From: Patescibacteria group bacterium
Lineage (GTDB): Bacteria > Patescibacteriota > Microgenomatia > UBA1400 > PJMF01
DNA: 64,000 nucleotides
NCBI GenBank assembly: GCA_041747555.1
Contig: JBGTEY010000014.1
Span: 20,919-84,918 of the forward strand
Direction: 5' to 3'
The translations under genes and the position numbers were made by a program. Shown here piece after piece: positions 45,508 to 56,678 of this stretch. Below the pieces are notes generated by a model. It was not told where the DNA came from and ran no database searches. It saw nothing but the letters and a program-made list of their open reading frames with translations. Each line of letters begins with the position of its first letter. Positions within the stretch are counted from its first letter, which is position 1.

Positions 45508-47466
45508 TTATTCGTTGACTACTTCACCCTCTTCGGCAGATTTTTTGTCGTCTGCTTTTGAATCATTTTTGCCCTTGGCATCTTTAGCAGGATCAGCGTC
45601 CTCTCCCGATCCATCTGCATCAGCTTCTGGTTTTACCCCTGCTTCAGCTTCTTTTCGCATTACCTCGCCAATTTTTTGGGCAGAGGTGAGGGTTTCTTCA
45701 GAAGCTTTTTCGAGTTCTTCCTTGGTGGCGTCTTCACTTTTGACAAGTTCTTCGAGTTTTTTGACATTTTCTTCGATGACTTCTTTGTCTTTTTTCTCGA
45801 GTTTTTCGCCGTATTCCTTGAGTTGTTTTTCGAGTTCAAAAACGACACTCTGGGCTTGATTTCTAGCCTCGACGAGATCTTTTTTACGCTTGTCGTCCTC
45901 TGCGTGCTTTTCTGCGTCAGCTTTCATTTTTTCGACTTCTTCTTCTGACAAATTGGTTGAATTTTGAATCGTAATTTTTTGTTCTTTTCCAGAAGTCTTG
46001 TCTTTTGCGGTGACATTTAAAATACCGTTTGAGTCAATATCAAAGGTAACTTCAACCTGAGGAACTCCCCGAGGTGCGGGTGGAATGCCATCAAGAATGA
46101 ACCGGCCAAGCGATCGATTATCAGCTGCCATTTCCCGCTCACCCTGTAGCACATTAATTTCAACTTGGGTCTGATTATCGGCAGCAGTAGAAAATGTCTG
46201 AGATTTACTCGTTGGAATGGTCGTGTTGCGCTCAATCAAAGGAGTGCGCACGCCACCCAGGGTTTCAAGACCAAGAGTAAGAGGAGTTACGTCAAGTAAC
46301 ACAACGTCAGAAACATCCCCGCCAATAACTCCAGCCTGAATTGCGGCACCAATTGCAACCACTTCGTCTGGGTTGACACCCTTATGTGGCTCTTTACCAA
46401 AGAATTTTTTGACTTCTTCTTGAATCTTAGGCATTCGCGTCTGGCCACCGACCAAGATAATGTCTTGGATATCACTTGGTTTCATCTTGGCATCTTTGAG
46501 CGCTTGCTCGACTGGTTTGAAACTCTGTTTTACCAAATCACTCACGAGCTCTTCTAATTTAGAGCGGGTAAGTGTAAGTGTTAAATGCAATGGCTGACCA
46601 TCGTCACCTTGAGTAATAAATGGTTGATTGATCTCTGATGATTGTGCACTTGAGAGCTCAATTTTGGCTTTTTCTGCAGCGTCTTTAATTCTTTGGAGCG
46701 CTTGGGGATCTTTACTGAGATCTTTTCCTTGATCTTTTTTGAATTCTTCAATGATCCATTCAATAACTGCATTGTCAAAGTCATCACCGCCAAGGAATGT
46801 GTCGCCATTAGTAGATTTGACTTCAAAAACTCCGTCACCAATATCAAGAATTGAGATGTCAAAGGTACCGCCACCAAGGTCATAGACAGCAATGGTTCGA
46901 TTTCCTTTTTTATCAAGTCCGTATGCGAGTGCAGCAGCTGTTGGTTCGTTGACGATTCGCTCTACCGTAAGGCCGGCAATTTCGCCAGCTTGTTTGGTCG
47001 CTTGTCGTTGTGAATCATCAAAGTAGGCAGGTACGGTAATCACTGCTCGAGTAACTTCGGTACCGAGATAGCTTTCTGCGTCTGCTTTGGCTTTTCCGAG
47101 AATTTTTGCTGAAATTTCTTGTGGGGTGTATTCCTTTTCACCAATTTTGACGACTGCCATGCCATCTTTACCTTGGGCAACAGGGTAGGAAACGTGCTTT
47201 GTGGCTGCTTTGACAGCTTTATCATTGAGCTTTCTGCCCATAAAACGTTTAACTGAGTTGACTGTTTTTTCTGGATTGAGGACCATTTGACGCTTAGCTG
47301 TGTCGCCAACGAGAACATCGCCACCTTTAAATCCAACGATGGATGGATAGGTGTTTCGACCCTCTGTTGTAGGAACGATTTTTGGGGAGCCACCTTCCAT
47401 AACCGCAATTGCGGAGTTAGTGGTTCCTAGATCAATACCAATGATTTTGCCTGTTGCGTCTGCCAT
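45508..47466 (-). CDS. dnaK: chaperone DnaK
   Basis: [26 protein letters not shown]. Confidence 0.97.
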   Translation of the reverse strand: MADATGKIIGIDLGTTNSAIAVMEGGSPKIVPTTEGRNTYPSIVGFKGGDVLVGDTAKRQMVLNPEKTVNSVKRFMGRKLNDKAVKAATKHVSYPVAQGKDGMAVVKIGEKEYTPQEISAKILGKAKADAESYLGTEVTRAVITVPAYFDDSQRQATKQAGEIAGLTVERIVNEPTAAALAYGLDKKGNRTIAVYDLGGGTFDISILDIGDGVFEVKSTNGDTFLGGDDFDNAVIEWIIEEFKKDQGKDLSKDPQALQRIKDAAEKAKIELSSAQSSEINQPFITQGDDGQPLHLTLTLTRSKLEELVSDLVKQSFKPVEQALKDAKMKPSDIQDIILVGGQTRMPKIQEEVKKFFGKEPHKGVNPDEVVAIGAAIQAGVIGGDVSDVVLLDVTPLTLGLETLGGVRTPLIERNTTIPTSKSQTFSTAADNQTQVEINVLQGEREMAADNRSLGRFILDGIPPAPRGVPQVEVTFDIDSNGILNVTAKDKTSGKEQKITIQNSTNLSEEEVEKMKADAEKHAEDDKRKKDLVEARNQAQSVVFELEKQLKEYGEKLEKKDKEVIEENVKKLEELVKSEDATKEELEKASEETLTSAQKIGEVMRKEAEAGVKPEADADGSGEDADPAKDAKGKNDSKADDKKSAEEGEVVNE

Positions 47467-47528
47467 AGGTCCTTTCACAATTTTGTAAGTATATATTTTG
47501 TATGTGTACGCGGGTAGCGTATCATATT

Positions 47529-47555
47529 TTAGCAGTCATTGCAAGTGATTGCTAA
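47529..47555. promoter_or_regulatory. CIRCE element (HrcA operator) upstream of dnaK
   Basis: TTAGCAGTC-N9-GATTGCTAA versus consensus TTAGCACTC-N9-GAGTGCTAA. Confidence 0.85.
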
Positions 47556-47561
47556 TAGGTT

Positions 47562-47954
47562 TTATTTAATTTCTTGTGATATCTGATAGAGCCAATTCCA
47601 ACCATTTTTAGTTATTCCTTTTGAAGGTGTATTCTTTCGGATCAGCTGAAGCTCATTTGTAATGACGTCAAATACTTTTTCTGTATAGGCTTTCTCAAGT
47701 ATTGCATTGATCAGATTATGAATCGCTTCATAGACCTTGGGGTACTTATAAATTTTAGCACCACCAAGCTGAGATTGAAAAAATGACTCATTTAGTTGAC
47801 TTTCTCCAAACGGAGAATAATTCTTCAACGCATCAAGCAGCATGTCCTGCCGATATCGCATATATAACACATTCTTTTCAAGCTCTGCTTCAGTCATTTC
47901 TGCTGAAGTAGCTACACTAGCACCACCATCATGTATAATTTCTGCGGTCATCAC
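47562..47954 (-). CDS. hypothetical protein between grpE and dnaK
   Basis: 130-aa ORF overlapping the grpE stop; no family recognised. Confidence 0.55.
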   Translation of the reverse strand: MMTAEIIHDGGASVATSAEMTEAELEKNVLYMRYRQDMLLDALKNYSPFGESQLNESFFQSQLGGAKIYKYPKVYEAIHNLINAILEKAYTEKVFDVITNELQLIRKNTPSKGITKNGWNWLYQISQEIK

Positions 47955-48793
47955 TCCACCTCCCCCAACACCACTTTTGCGTGCTGAATCACAGAATCAT
48001 ATAACCGATAGCCGTCTTGAACAACTTTGATAACTATATCACCCGAACCATTTTTATCCACAGCTTCCATCGTTTCAATATCAAATTTCTTGCCAAGGAC
48101 GTCAATTTTTTGGAGTCCGTGATTTTCGAGCGCTTGCTTGAGTTGTTGGACCACCATGCTCAAACCAGTGTCGTCAATTTGCTTCGCTGCCAAATCGAGA
48201 AGACTGAGTGGTTGCAGCAGGTCTTCCACGACTTGTTGGGTTGCATACTTGGCGAGTTTGCCTCGTTCTTCTGCGGTTCGTCGTTGGAGATTGCGATAAT
48301 CTGCAAGTGCTCGTTGTTCCTTTTGGTGAGCCAAATTGAGTTTAGCTGCATCTGTTTTGGCTTCGATGAAGGCGTTGATGTCACGAAGTACGCCTGGGTC
48401 TTTCACGAGTTTCAAGGCTTTATCTAGAGTTACCCATTGATATTCCTGATGCTCATGACTTAACTTCACTTCCTGGTCAGGTGTTTGACACCAATACGTC
48501 AAGCCAATCACTTCATTTTCTGCACGCTTCTCACCTCTGTAAAAATGCCAACCAGTGAGTAATCTCACGAATTCAATATTCTTAATGCCCGTTTCTTCTC
48601 GAATTTCTCTCCTCAAACCAGCTTCAGGATCTTCACCCTGGTCAATTCGGCCGTAGCCAGTTTCCCAAATGCCTGGCTTATAGTTATCCTCAGAACGCTG
48701 CAAAAGTAATATCGTTTCAGTTTCTGGGTGCTCAAGAATTGCTCCCGCCGCAACCATAAAAGTGCCAATATCTGTAGGTGTATCAGATTTCAT
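47951..48793 (-). CDS. grpE: NUDIX hydrolase-GrpE fusion
   Basis: N-half GRIDQGEDPEAGLRREIREETG and LSHEH; C-half RALADYRNLQRR, FDIETMEAV, QDGYRL...AKVVL; position between hrcA and dnaK. Confidence 0.88.
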   Translation of the reverse strand: MKSDTPTDIGTFMVAAGAILEHPETETILLLQRSEDNYKPGIWETGYGRIDQGEDPEAGLRREIREETGIKNIEFVRLLTGWHFYRGEKRAENEVIGLTYWCQTPDQEVKLSHEHQEYQWVTLDKALKLVKDPGVLRDINAFIEAKTDAAKLNLAHQKEQRALADYRNLQRRTAEERGKLAKYATQQVVEDLLQPLSLLDLAAKQIDDTGLSMVVQQLKQALENHGLQKIDVLGKKFDIETMEAVDKNGSGDIVIKVVQDGYRLYDSVIQHAKVVLGEVE

Positions 48794-48797
48794 GATG

Positions 48798-49520
48798 TTA
48801 TTCTACTATTTCTTGAATTAATGTTCTTAAATACCGCATCATCGGGAAAATGTAAGGATAATCAAAACGACTTGATCCCAGTACTCCCAGACGACACATT
48901 TGGCCATCTACTACGACACTCATATAAATCACACCAATCGGCTCTAAATATTTGTTCCCAAGTTCTGGACCGTATACCACTTGTACAATATTTTCACTAC
49001 TTCCGTAGGTAAAAATATCCTCAAGCAATGGTTGTTCCTCAATTAGTTGCAACACGTGTCGCATCACTTGAATATCATAAAATTCTGGCATTTGGAGCAA
49101 ATTTGCATACCCCGCATGAAAAATCTTGGTGTCATCGAGCATGCCAATGGCGAGCGCATGTGATTTGTCCGCAAGGACTTTGGTAATTTGATTGAGTAAA
49201 TCATCGAGCTCGTGACGACTTTGCCAGACTTTTTCTTTAGCAGAAACTTCATCGGCTACGGTCAAATCGCGTTCACGCATCAATTCGTTGACGTATAGTT
49301 TGAGCGCGCGCGGTGTGGGCAATCTACCCGCACTGCTGTGCGTTTTTGATAAATATCCTTGATTGGAAAGATACACCATTTCGTTGCGAATGGTGGCAGG
49401 TGAGACGCCGATGTTAAATTTTTTATCAATGGTATCTGAGCCTACTGGCTCTGCAGTCTCGATGAACTCGTCGATGATAGATCTAAGAATCTGAATTTGC
49501 CGAGCGGTAAGATCTATCAT
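48798..49520 (-). CDS. hrcA: heat-inducible transcription repressor HrcA
   Basis: LTARQ..IL, EPVGS, SPATIRNEM, HSSAGRLPT, LGVLG..R.DY. Confidence 0.92.
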   Translation of the reverse strand: MIDLTARQIQILRSIIDEFIETAEPVGSDTIDKKFNIGVSPATIRNEMVYLSNQGYLSKTHSSAGRLPTPRALKLYVNELMRERDLTVADEVSAKEKVWQSRHELDDLLNQITKVLADKSHALAIGMLDDTKIFHAGYANLLQMPEFYDIQVMRHVLQLIEEQPLLEDIFTYGSSENIVQVVYGPELGNKYLEPIGVIYMSVVVDGQMCRLGVLGSSRFDYPYIFPMMRYLRTLIQEIVE

Positions 49521-49542
49521 AGATGTCCTGATATAGTATGTA

Positions 49543-49569
49543 TTAGCAATACTAATGGCTGTTTGCTAA
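49543..49569. promoter_or_regulatory. CIRCE element upstream of hrcA
   Basis: TTAGCAATA-N9-GTTTGCTAA, next to minus-strand TTGACA at 49572-49577. Confidence 0.75.
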
Positions 49570-49649
49570 ATTGTCAATGGAAGATGCGCCCTAACTGATG
49601 TATCACACTCCAGCTAGTCGCATTTTAAAAAAATTGTTAAAGTATATAA

Positions 49650-51083
49650 ATGGCCATTCACAATAAAAGCAAAAAATCAGCACCATATCGTAAAAAACGA
49701 TTGAAGATGATCTCAAGATTTGCGGTCATATTTTTTGTCTTGGTTATGGTTGTGGTTGGAGCTTGGCAACTCGATGCAGTTCGTGAATTTCTCTCCAGAG
49801 CCAGTGGAGAACCTGCCAATCTTATGATTAACACCCAAGCAGTCATCGGCCCCATGCCGCGTCCTTGGAGAAACCTTGCCCAAGGTGGTGAATCTCATGA
49901 GTGGCGAATTCAACCGATCAATGCCGAAGTTGCCGCACTCAATCCTGAATACATACGTATCGACCACATTTATGATTTTTATGACATTGTCCAGGGATCG
50001 CCGGGCAATATTACCTTTGATTTCTCTAAATTTGACGTCATTCTTGATGATATAGAAGCGACTGGAGCAAAACCATATATTGCACTGACGTACATGCCGC
50101 CCGCGATTGCCAAAGATGATATTGTTTCTGAGCCGGTCTCATATGATGACTGGCAGTTGGTGGTACAACGCACTATTGAGCATGTGAGCGGCACGCGTGG
50201 TACGAGAGATGTCTATTATGAGGTTTGGAATGAACCCGATTTATTTGGTGGGTGGAAATATTATGGATCAAAAAATTATCTGACGCTGTACACCTACGCC
50301 GCGCGTGGAGCTCAAAATGCACGAGGCACGCAGCCATTCAAAATTGGTGGACCCGGCATTACGGCACTCTACAAAAATTGGGTTGATGCTATGGCTCGAC
50401 ATAGTTTGCAGAATAACCTGCGACTCGATTTCATTTCTTGGCATCGCTACAACCACGATATTGAGCGTTTCCGACTCGATATGACCGAAGTCCAGTCTTG
50501 GCTCAGAGAATTTCCCCAAGTCGACGTCACTGCTGAGTTGCACATTACCGAATGGGGACACGACAGCGAAAATCACGATGGCTATGACACCAATTATGGT
50601 GCAGCACACACTGCAGCGGCGGCGATTGAGATGGTTGGGGTTGTCGAGCGCGCGTTTGTGTTTGAGATCCAAGATGGCAAAGATCCTGCAGGAAAAAATC
50701 TATGGGGTCGATGGGGATTACTCAGTCATAATGATGCGGGTGCAGTCAAAAAACCTCGATACAACGCACTCATTATGCTCGATGGTATTGGAGATCAACG
50801 GTTGCAAATTTTAGGAAAAGGAACTTGGGTAAAAGCGCTCGCCGCAAGAAATGACGAGGGAAATACAGAAGTGGTGCTCTCAAATTTTGATCGAAATGGC
50901 AGAAATAGCGAAAACGTGCCCGTCACAATTACAAATATTGTTCCAGGAGAATATGTAGTGACCAAAGAATTCCTCGATGGCAGACGCCAGAGTGAGCGGA
51001 TCGCCACCACCGAAGCTGCTCTGCGCGCAGACATCCTAATGACACCCAATATGGTTGGGAAGATTACGTTTGATTTGCAGTAG
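49650..51083 (+). CDS. membrane-anchored glycoside hydrolase, GH39-like
   Basis: N-terminal TM, EVWNEPD acid/base, DFISWHRY, ITEWG nucleophile. Confidence 0.85.
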   Translation: MAIHNKSKKSAPYRKKRLKMISRFAVIFFVLVMVVVGAWQLDAVREFLSRASGEPANLMINTQAVIGPMPRPWRNLAQGGESHEWRIQPINAEVAALNPEYIRIDHIYDFYDIVQGSPGNITFDFSKFDVILDDIEATGAKPYIALTYMPPAIAKDDIVSEPVSYDDWQLVVQRTIEHVSGTRGTRDVYYEVWNEPDLFGGWKYYGSKNYLTLYTYAARGAQNARGTQPFKIGGPGITALYKNWVDAMARHSLQNNLRLDFISWHRYNHDIERFRLDMTEVQSWLREFPQVDVTAELHITEWGHDSENHDGYDTNYGAAHTAAAAIEMVGVVERAFVFEIQDGKDPAGKNLWGRWGLLSHNDAGAVKKPRYNALIMLDGIGDQRLQILGKGTWVKALAARNDEGNTEVVLSNFDRNGRNSENVPVTITNIVPGEYVVTKEFLDGRRQSERIATTEAALRADILMTPNMVGKITFDLQ

Positions 51084-52254
51084 TCGACTTTTTTACAACG
51101 TCTCCCAATGCTTTCTGAAAATTTTGAACTGAAAATTTTTCTGCGAACGCTCTTATTTTAGTTGCAGAAAACACCTTCTTTTTATGTTTTTTCTCAAAAT
51201 TCTTTATTGCATTACTGAGACTCTCTTCGCCGATCTCTTCAAATAACACCCCCGTCTCATCTGGAATTACTGTTTCTAAAGGCCCTCCAGACGCATGCGC
51301 AATCACCGGCACGCCATATCCCATTGCCTCCACCGGCACCATCCCAAAATCTTCATCTTCTGCGGGGAAAAGGAGCGCGCGGGCACCTGCGTACCATCTT
51401 TGGAGTTCTTCATCGGGTATTTCACCGGTAAATTGGATAGTTGGACCTGCGAGGGACCGCAGGTACTCTGTATTTTTACCTGCACCTACCACAACCAGAC
51501 TCCTTCCCAATGCGGTACAAACTTTAATTGATAAATCAACGTGCTTACTCTGTGTTAATCTACCCACAGAAAGATAATAGTCGTGTTGCGGAGGGTTCGA
51601 GCGGGCTTTTTTAATCTCACTATCAGTTGGAAGTATGATTGGCGGATACACAACTTGCGATTCTCTTCTGTAAAATTTCTTGATTCTTCGGGCAGTTTCT
51701 TTTGAGTTTGCAAGGAAAGTGTCGACTTCTTGGGCGATCTCAAAATCAGTCATTCGTAAGAAATGGTTCATGATCTGGCCGACAAATCGAGTGATTGGAT
51801 TGGCTTTCCAGTTTGACATCGTGGTGTAACCGTAGAGGGATCTCGGTGGTGTGTGGCAGTAGCAAATGTGCTTGCCATTCGGAACAACGACTGCCTTGGC
51901 ATAGTACGCGTTACTTGAGGAAATCACCACATCGTACTCAGATAAATCGAGAGATTTAAATGCGCTCGGCGCAAAGATTCGATAGGGTGAAAAAAGTTTT
52001 TTGTAGAAAGGCAAACGAGAAATCCAAGTTTCTCTGATGTCCCAGTCTTTCATTTTTGGTGCATGCACCCCCAGCACATCCCAATCAACAAATGAAACAT
52101 AGACAGGTGCGTCGGGGAATATATCGTGAATGCTCTCCACCACTCGTTCCGCACCACCGTATTCGCGCAAGTAGTCGTGCACGATAGCAATTTTGGGTGT
52201 GCGACTTGGCCTAGAGGGTGACTTTTTTGATGTAATGGGATTGGTAGCGTACAT
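51064..52254 (-). CDS. GT4 family glycosyltransferase
   Basis: GGAERV, CYCHTPPR, EDFGMVPVEAM. Confidence 0.92.
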   Translation of the reverse strand: MYATNPITSKKSPSRPSRTPKIAIVHDYLREYGGAERVVESIHDIFPDAPVYVSFVDWDVLGVHAPKMKDWDIRETWISRLPFYKKLFSPYRIFAPSAFKSLDLSEYDVVISSSNAYYAKAVVVPNGKHICYCHTPPRSLYGYTTMSNWKANPITRFVGQIMNHFLRMTDFEIAQEVDTFLANSKETARRIKKFYRRESQVVYPPIILPTDSEIKKARSNPPQHDYYLSVGRLTQSKHVDLSIKVCTALGRSLVVVGAGKNTEYLRSLAGPTIQFTGEIPDEELQRWYAGARALLFPAEDEDFGMVPVEAMGYGVPVIAHASGGPLETVIPDETGVLFEEIGEESLSNAIKNFEKKHKKKVFSATKIRAFAEKFSVQNFQKALGDVVKKSTTANQT

Positions 52255-52272
52255 AGGTATTGATTTTTGCTA

Positions 52273-53253
52273 TTAAAATAAAGCTTGTTGGACTTCTAAT
52301 TCAAATGCGTCTTTGGGCAGTAACGGCAACACTGATTTGAAATTCAGCCTGGTGAAGAGATCTACCGCTTTGGTTTTATCATACGAGCTCAATATGCATT
52401 TTTCTATATCAAAAGGTACAGCAACCGATCGATCTATAGTAACAAGTTCTTGGCTGAGATATGCCATCTCTTTGTCAGAACTAAGTTTTTTGAGGACCGC
52501 CCCTTTGAGAAGAGGATGCTCTGCTGTTGGGCCAGTGTTTTCGACTGCAGAAACGGCTTCATACAATGCGTCGAGTGTTTGATATTGATCAAGAAGTGCA
52601 ACTGCTGTTTTGACACCCACACCTTTTACTCCAGGAATATTGTCTGAAGGGTCTCCCATAAGTGCCTTGAGGTCAATGATTTGATTTGCCCGAACCTTCA
52701 TTTTTCTTTCCACCCCTGCTTCGTCATACTCGATTAGTCCTTGTTGATTTTTACCTCTGGCTGGAATGAGCACATGGGTGTATTCATCCACTAATTGAAA
52801 TAGATCTTTATCTCCCGTCACAATTGATGTTAAAAATTGCTGGCCAGGTCCTCCTGTTTCTACTGCCCTGACTTCATCAGACAGCTGAGTGCTGATGGTG
52901 CCGATTAAATCGTCGGCCTCATATCCTGCCTCTATAAATTGAGGAATGTTGAGCACGCTGACGACTTCTTTAATAATCTCAATTTGTGGCTTGAGATCAT
53001 CGGGCATTTCTGGACGGTGGGCTTTGTATTCGATGTAAGTTTCGGCGCGTTTGGTTTTTGCTTTGTGGTCAAACGTTACTGCTAAATGTTTGGGGGCGAG
53101 GTCACGGATCGTGGTTAGTAGAATTCTGCTAAATCCAAAGACCGCATTAACCATTCTTCCCTCTGGATCAGAAAGCGGTGGAAAGGCGTGATAGGCGCGG
53201 TAAATGAGTGCGTGTCCGTCAAACAGTACAAAGCGCTCGCGTTCTTGCATCAT
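52273..53253 (-). CDS. stand-alone 5'-3' exonuclease (PolA N-terminal domain)
   Basis: DGHALIYRAYHA, YKAHR, EADDLIG, TGDKD, GDPSDNIPGVKGVG. Confidence 0.92.
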   Translation of the reverse strand: MMQERERFVLFDGHALIYRAYHAFPPLSDPEGRMVNAVFGFSRILLTTIRDLAPKHLAVTFDHKAKTKRAETYIEYKAHRPEMPDDLKPQIEIIKEVVSVLNIPQFIEAGYEADDLIGTISTQLSDEVRAVETGGPGQQFLTSIVTGDKDLFQLVDEYTHVLIPARGKNQQGLIEYDEAGVERKMKVRANQIIDLKALMGDPSDNIPGVKGVGVKTAVALLDQYQTLDALYEAVSAVENTGPTAEHPLLKGAVLKKLSSDKEMAYLSQELVTIDRSVAVPFDIEKCILSSYDKTKAVDLFTRLNFKSVLPLLPKDAFELEVQQALF

Positions 53254-53268
53254 GTATCAGTTGTACCA

Positions 53269-55176
53269 TTATCTGGCTGGTTTTGCTTTTGGAATCCCCA
53301 TGAGTTTGGAAAAATCATCAGCATCGAGGCTTTCCACATCAATCAATTTAACTGAAACTGACTCGAGGGTAGTCTTGTATTTCTTAAGAAGTTTAATGGC
53401 ATTATCTTGACACAGTTCTATGATTTCTCGCGTTGCTGCGTCGATCTTTTCTTGCATGGAGTCAGAAACCTTGATTGCTTCGCCCCAAGCTTGACCATAT
53501 TCGCTCGATTCATACATAGGATCAAAATTCATGGGACCAAGTTCGCTCATCCCGTACTCCATGACCATGGCTCTGGCGATGCGGGTTGCTTGCTTGATGT
53601 CATTGCTGGCACCTGCAGTTTGCTCGTTGAAAACCAGGAGCTCTGCAGCTCTGCCACCCATCATGACGGTTATGCGGTCGAGGAGTTCTGATTTTGTAGT
53701 CTGTAGTTTGTCTCTTTCTGGAGGAGTCAGGGTGAAACCAAGTGCTCTACCTCTAGAAACGATTGAAATTCTGTGGACTGGATCTGCGTGGGGAAGGACG
53801 TGGGCAATTATTGCGTGGCCTGCCTCGTGATACGCGGTCATTTCTTTTTCTAAATCATCTTGAAGTCGTTTCTTGCTTGGACCAAGCTTAACCTTGAGAG
53901 ACGCTTCTTCGATGTCAGCCATGGTTATCTTTTTGCGCGCTTCGCGCGCAACCGCAATCGCCGCCTCATTCAACATATTCTCAATATCAGCACCAGAAAA
54001 TCCAACCGTTCTCTTGGCTACTTTTTCCCATTCCACAGCCTTGGTAAACGGTTTATTTTTGGCATGAATAGAAAGAATATATTTCCGCTCTTCTAAATCG
54101 GGCAATTGCACCACCACGCGTCGATCAAACCGCCCCGGTCGAACCAGCGCTGTATCAAGCATATCGCCTCTATTAGTCGCCGCCATCACGATTACATTGT
54201 CGTTTGCCTCAAATCCATCCATTTCAACCAAAATCTGATTGAGTGTTTGCTCGCGCTCATCATGTCCACCCATATTTCCCATACCGCGACTTCTGCCAAT
54301 GGCGTCAATTTCGTCGATAAAAATAATGGAAGGTGATAGTTTTTTAGCAGTGGTAAAGAGATCGCGCACACGCGAGGCACCCACACCAACTAACATTTCC
54401 ATAAACTCACTACCTGCAATTGATAAGAACTGGACACCAGCTTCGCCTGCAACTGCACGAGCAAGTAATGTCTTACCGGTACCAGCAGGACCAACTAACA
54501 GTACGCCTTTAGGGGTTCTCGCGCCGACTTTAGTATATTTCTTAGGGTGTTTCAAAAAATCAACAATTTCCTCAAGTTCTTTCTTGGCCTCATCCATACC
54601 GCCAACATCGTCAAATGTGGTGGACTGCTTGCCTTTGATAAAAACCTTGGCCTTGCTACGTCCAATGCCCATAATTCCATCTTGCCCACCTTTGGCTTGT
54701 CGGAAAATATACACAAAAAACAAAACCATCAGCAGTATAGGGAGAAAATTAATTACTACCTCCCAGAACAATCGTCCCGAAGACAAATTCTCAACTTCAA
54801 CGTTCACTTGATTTAAATCAATCCCTGCACTCTCAAGCACACTGACAGCTGACGATGATTCCTCGTTCTGAGCCATCCTGACACTACCGTCGTCATACAT
54901 GATTTTTAACTCTGAACCAGAAACTTCAATTTTCTCAACGCGATCCTCACGCACATCCGCCACGAGCTGACTCAAGGAAATCTTTTCTACAGATTCACCA
55001 GAAAAGGTAGATATCAGAAACGGAAGAAATAACATCGCCATAAAAAGATACAATAAACCGCGATTTATCCATTGTTTTTTGTTCATAGGAACTTGAAAAA
55101 AACTAGGGGATTTTTGCTGCTTCTTTTGACTTGAAATGTCTTTCGGTGATTTTGACGGAGTAGTATCTTCGGCCAT
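53269..55176 (-). CDS. ftsH: ATP-dependent zinc metalloprotease FtsH
   Basis: Two TMs, [32 protein letters not shown]. Confidence 0.96.
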   Translation of the reverse strand: MAEDTTPSKSPKDISSQKKQQKSPSFFQVPMNKKQWINRGLLYLFMAMLFLPFLISTFSGESVEKISLSQLVADVREDRVEKIEVSGSELKIMYDDGSVRMAQNEESSSAVSVLESAGIDLNQVNVEVENLSSGRLFWEVVINFLPILLMVLFFVYIFRQAKGGQDGIMGIGRSKAKVFIKGKQSTTFDDVGGMDEAKKELEEIVDFLKHPKKYTKVGARTPKGVLLVGPAGTGKTLLARAVAGEAGVQFLSIAGSEFMEMLVGVGASRVRDLFTTAKKLSPSIIFIDEIDAIGRSRGMGNMGGHDEREQTLNQILVEMDGFEANDNVIVMAATNRGDMLDTALVRPGRFDRRVVVQLPDLEERKYILSIHAKNKPFTKAVEWEKVAKRTVGFSGADIENMLNEAAIAVAREARKKITMADIEEASLKVKLGPSKKRLQDDLEKEMTAYHEAGHAIIAHVLPHADPVHRISIVSRGRALGFTLTPPERDKLQTTKSELLDRITVMMGGRAAELLVFNEQTAGASNDIKQATRIARAMVMEYGMSELGPMNFDPMYESSEYGQAWGEAIKVSDSMQEKIDAATREIIELCQDNAIKLLKKYKTTLESVSVKLIDVESLDADDFSKLMGIPKAKPAR

Positions 55177-55215
55177 ATGTCTTTCTCTGAGGAGGTATTG
55201 TACCATGGGAGCGCT

Positions 55216-55578
55216 CTAGAGCAATGAACTGCCCGGAGCTACTTCTACATCAGGGTGAAGGAGTACGGCCTTGTCGTCATTGGCAGCAATTAACATGCCT
55301 TGACTCTCGATACCGCGCAATGTTTTTGGTGCTAAATTTGCGAGATAAATTACTTGTTTGCCAACCAGTTGTTGTGGTGAATACCAGGGCTTGATTCCAG
55401 AGGCGATAACGCGCTCACCGAGTTCACCGACATTGAGGGTGATTTTATATAATTTGTCAGCCTCAGCCACCTCATCAACAGCAATCACGGTTGCAATTCT
55501 CATATCGAGGGCTGCGAATTGTTCATAGGTGATGATTGGTTTTTGGGTTGCTTGTGCAGTTGATGACTGATCTATCAT
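55216..55578 (-). CDS. tRNA-binding OB-fold protein (MetG C-terminal/Trbp111/CsaA-like)
   Basis: FAALDMRI, ADKL, NLAPK..RGIESQGM. Confidence 0.88.
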   Translation of the reverse strand: MIDQSSTAQATQKPIITYEQFAALDMRIATVIAVDEVAEADKLYKITLNVGELGERVIASGIKPWYSPQQLVGKQVIYLANLAPKTLRGIESQGMLIAANDDKAVLLHPDVEVAPGSSLL

Positions 55579-55653
55579 TTATTCCTCTTTTTGAAAAATC
55601 AAATTTGTGTAATTTCTACTTATTCTTTTATTATAAAATGCAGTTCTTACATG

Positions 55654-56649
55654 TTACCGTTTTGATCCCAATCCCATGGCTGCTTTTGTTTCTTCTACAG
55701 TTTGAGATGCGATTTCTCGTGCCTTTTTTGCGCCTGATTCAATGACGTCGTCTACATACTGCTCATCGTTTTCGAGTGCGTGCCGACGCTCTTGAATTGG
55801 AGCGAGCTCGCCTGCTATTGCTTGGGCCAAAGCTGATTTAAGGTCGCCGTATCTGATTCCTGAGCTTGTGTAGGCGTGGACGTACTCATTTCGAGACTCA
55901 GCTCCCATAAATAACTCAACCATTTTGAGTAAATTTGCCACACCACCAGTAGTTGGCACAACACTGCCTGTTCCACCGTCCGTCGGTGCTGCCTTGAGAC
56001 GATTGAGGATTGTCTCGTAATCATCTGCGAGCGTGATGTAGCTCCCTTCAACGGATTTGCTCATTTTGCCCTGACCAGAAAGCGACGGAACATATTCACC
56101 CTTAGTCGCAAACCGCTTGGGTTCCGGGAAATCGAGTCCATACGTGTCGTTCATTTTTCTGGCAATTTCACGCGAAACTTCAATATGCGGCTCTTGATCA
56201 ATCCCCACCGGCACCGAATCAGCCTTGTACACCAGGATATCTGAAGACATGAGGATCGGATAATTCAATAATGCCATCGTGGCAGAGTCAGGGTATTGTT
56301 TAACTTTCTCTTTAAATGTCGGTAAATGCTGCATTCGAGCAATTGTCATCACCGAGGAGAACAAAAATGCCATTTCCACATGCTCAGGCACCATGGATTG
56401 CTGAAAAATCACACTTTTTTCTGGATCTAGACCACAGGCCAGATAGTCAAGAATAACAGCTCGTCGATGTACTCTGAGTTCTTCAATATCATACGGCGTG
56501 GTAATGGCGTGCATGTCTGCAACCATATAAAGGGTGTTGTATTCTGGGTTTTCTTGGAGTTCCAGCATGCCTTTGACCGCACCCAAGTAATTACCAAGGT
56601 GTAATCTGCCGGTTGCACGGATGCCAGAAAGGACGGTATGTGTTGCCAT
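55654..56649 (-). CDS. trpS: tryptophanyl-tRNA synthetase
   Basis: SGIRATGRLHLGN, VPVGIDQ, KMSKS; start MATHT 7 nt after TGGTACAAT. Confidence 0.96.
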   Translation of the reverse strand: MATHTVLSGIRATGRLHLGNYLGAVKGMLELQENPEYNTLYMVADMHAITTPYDIEELRVHRRAVILDYLACGLDPEKSVIFQQSMVPEHVEMAFLFSSVMTIARMQHLPTFKEKVKQYPDSATMALLNYPILMSSDILVYKADSVPVGIDQEPHIEVSREIARKMNDTYGLDFPEPKRFATKGEYVPSLSGQGKMSKSVEGSYITLADDYETILNRLKAAPTDGGTGSVVPTTGGVANLLKMVELFMGAESRNEYVHAYTSSGIRYGDLKSALAQAIAGELAPIQERRHALENDEQYVDDVIESGAKKAREIASQTVEETKAAMGLGSKR

Positions 56650-56678
56650 ACACGCCATTGTACCAGATGAAACGTGAG

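Noticed and set aside
52273-53253. polA pseudogene
   Set aside because: Intact stand-alone 5'-3' exonuclease with clean end; separate exonuclease genes are common
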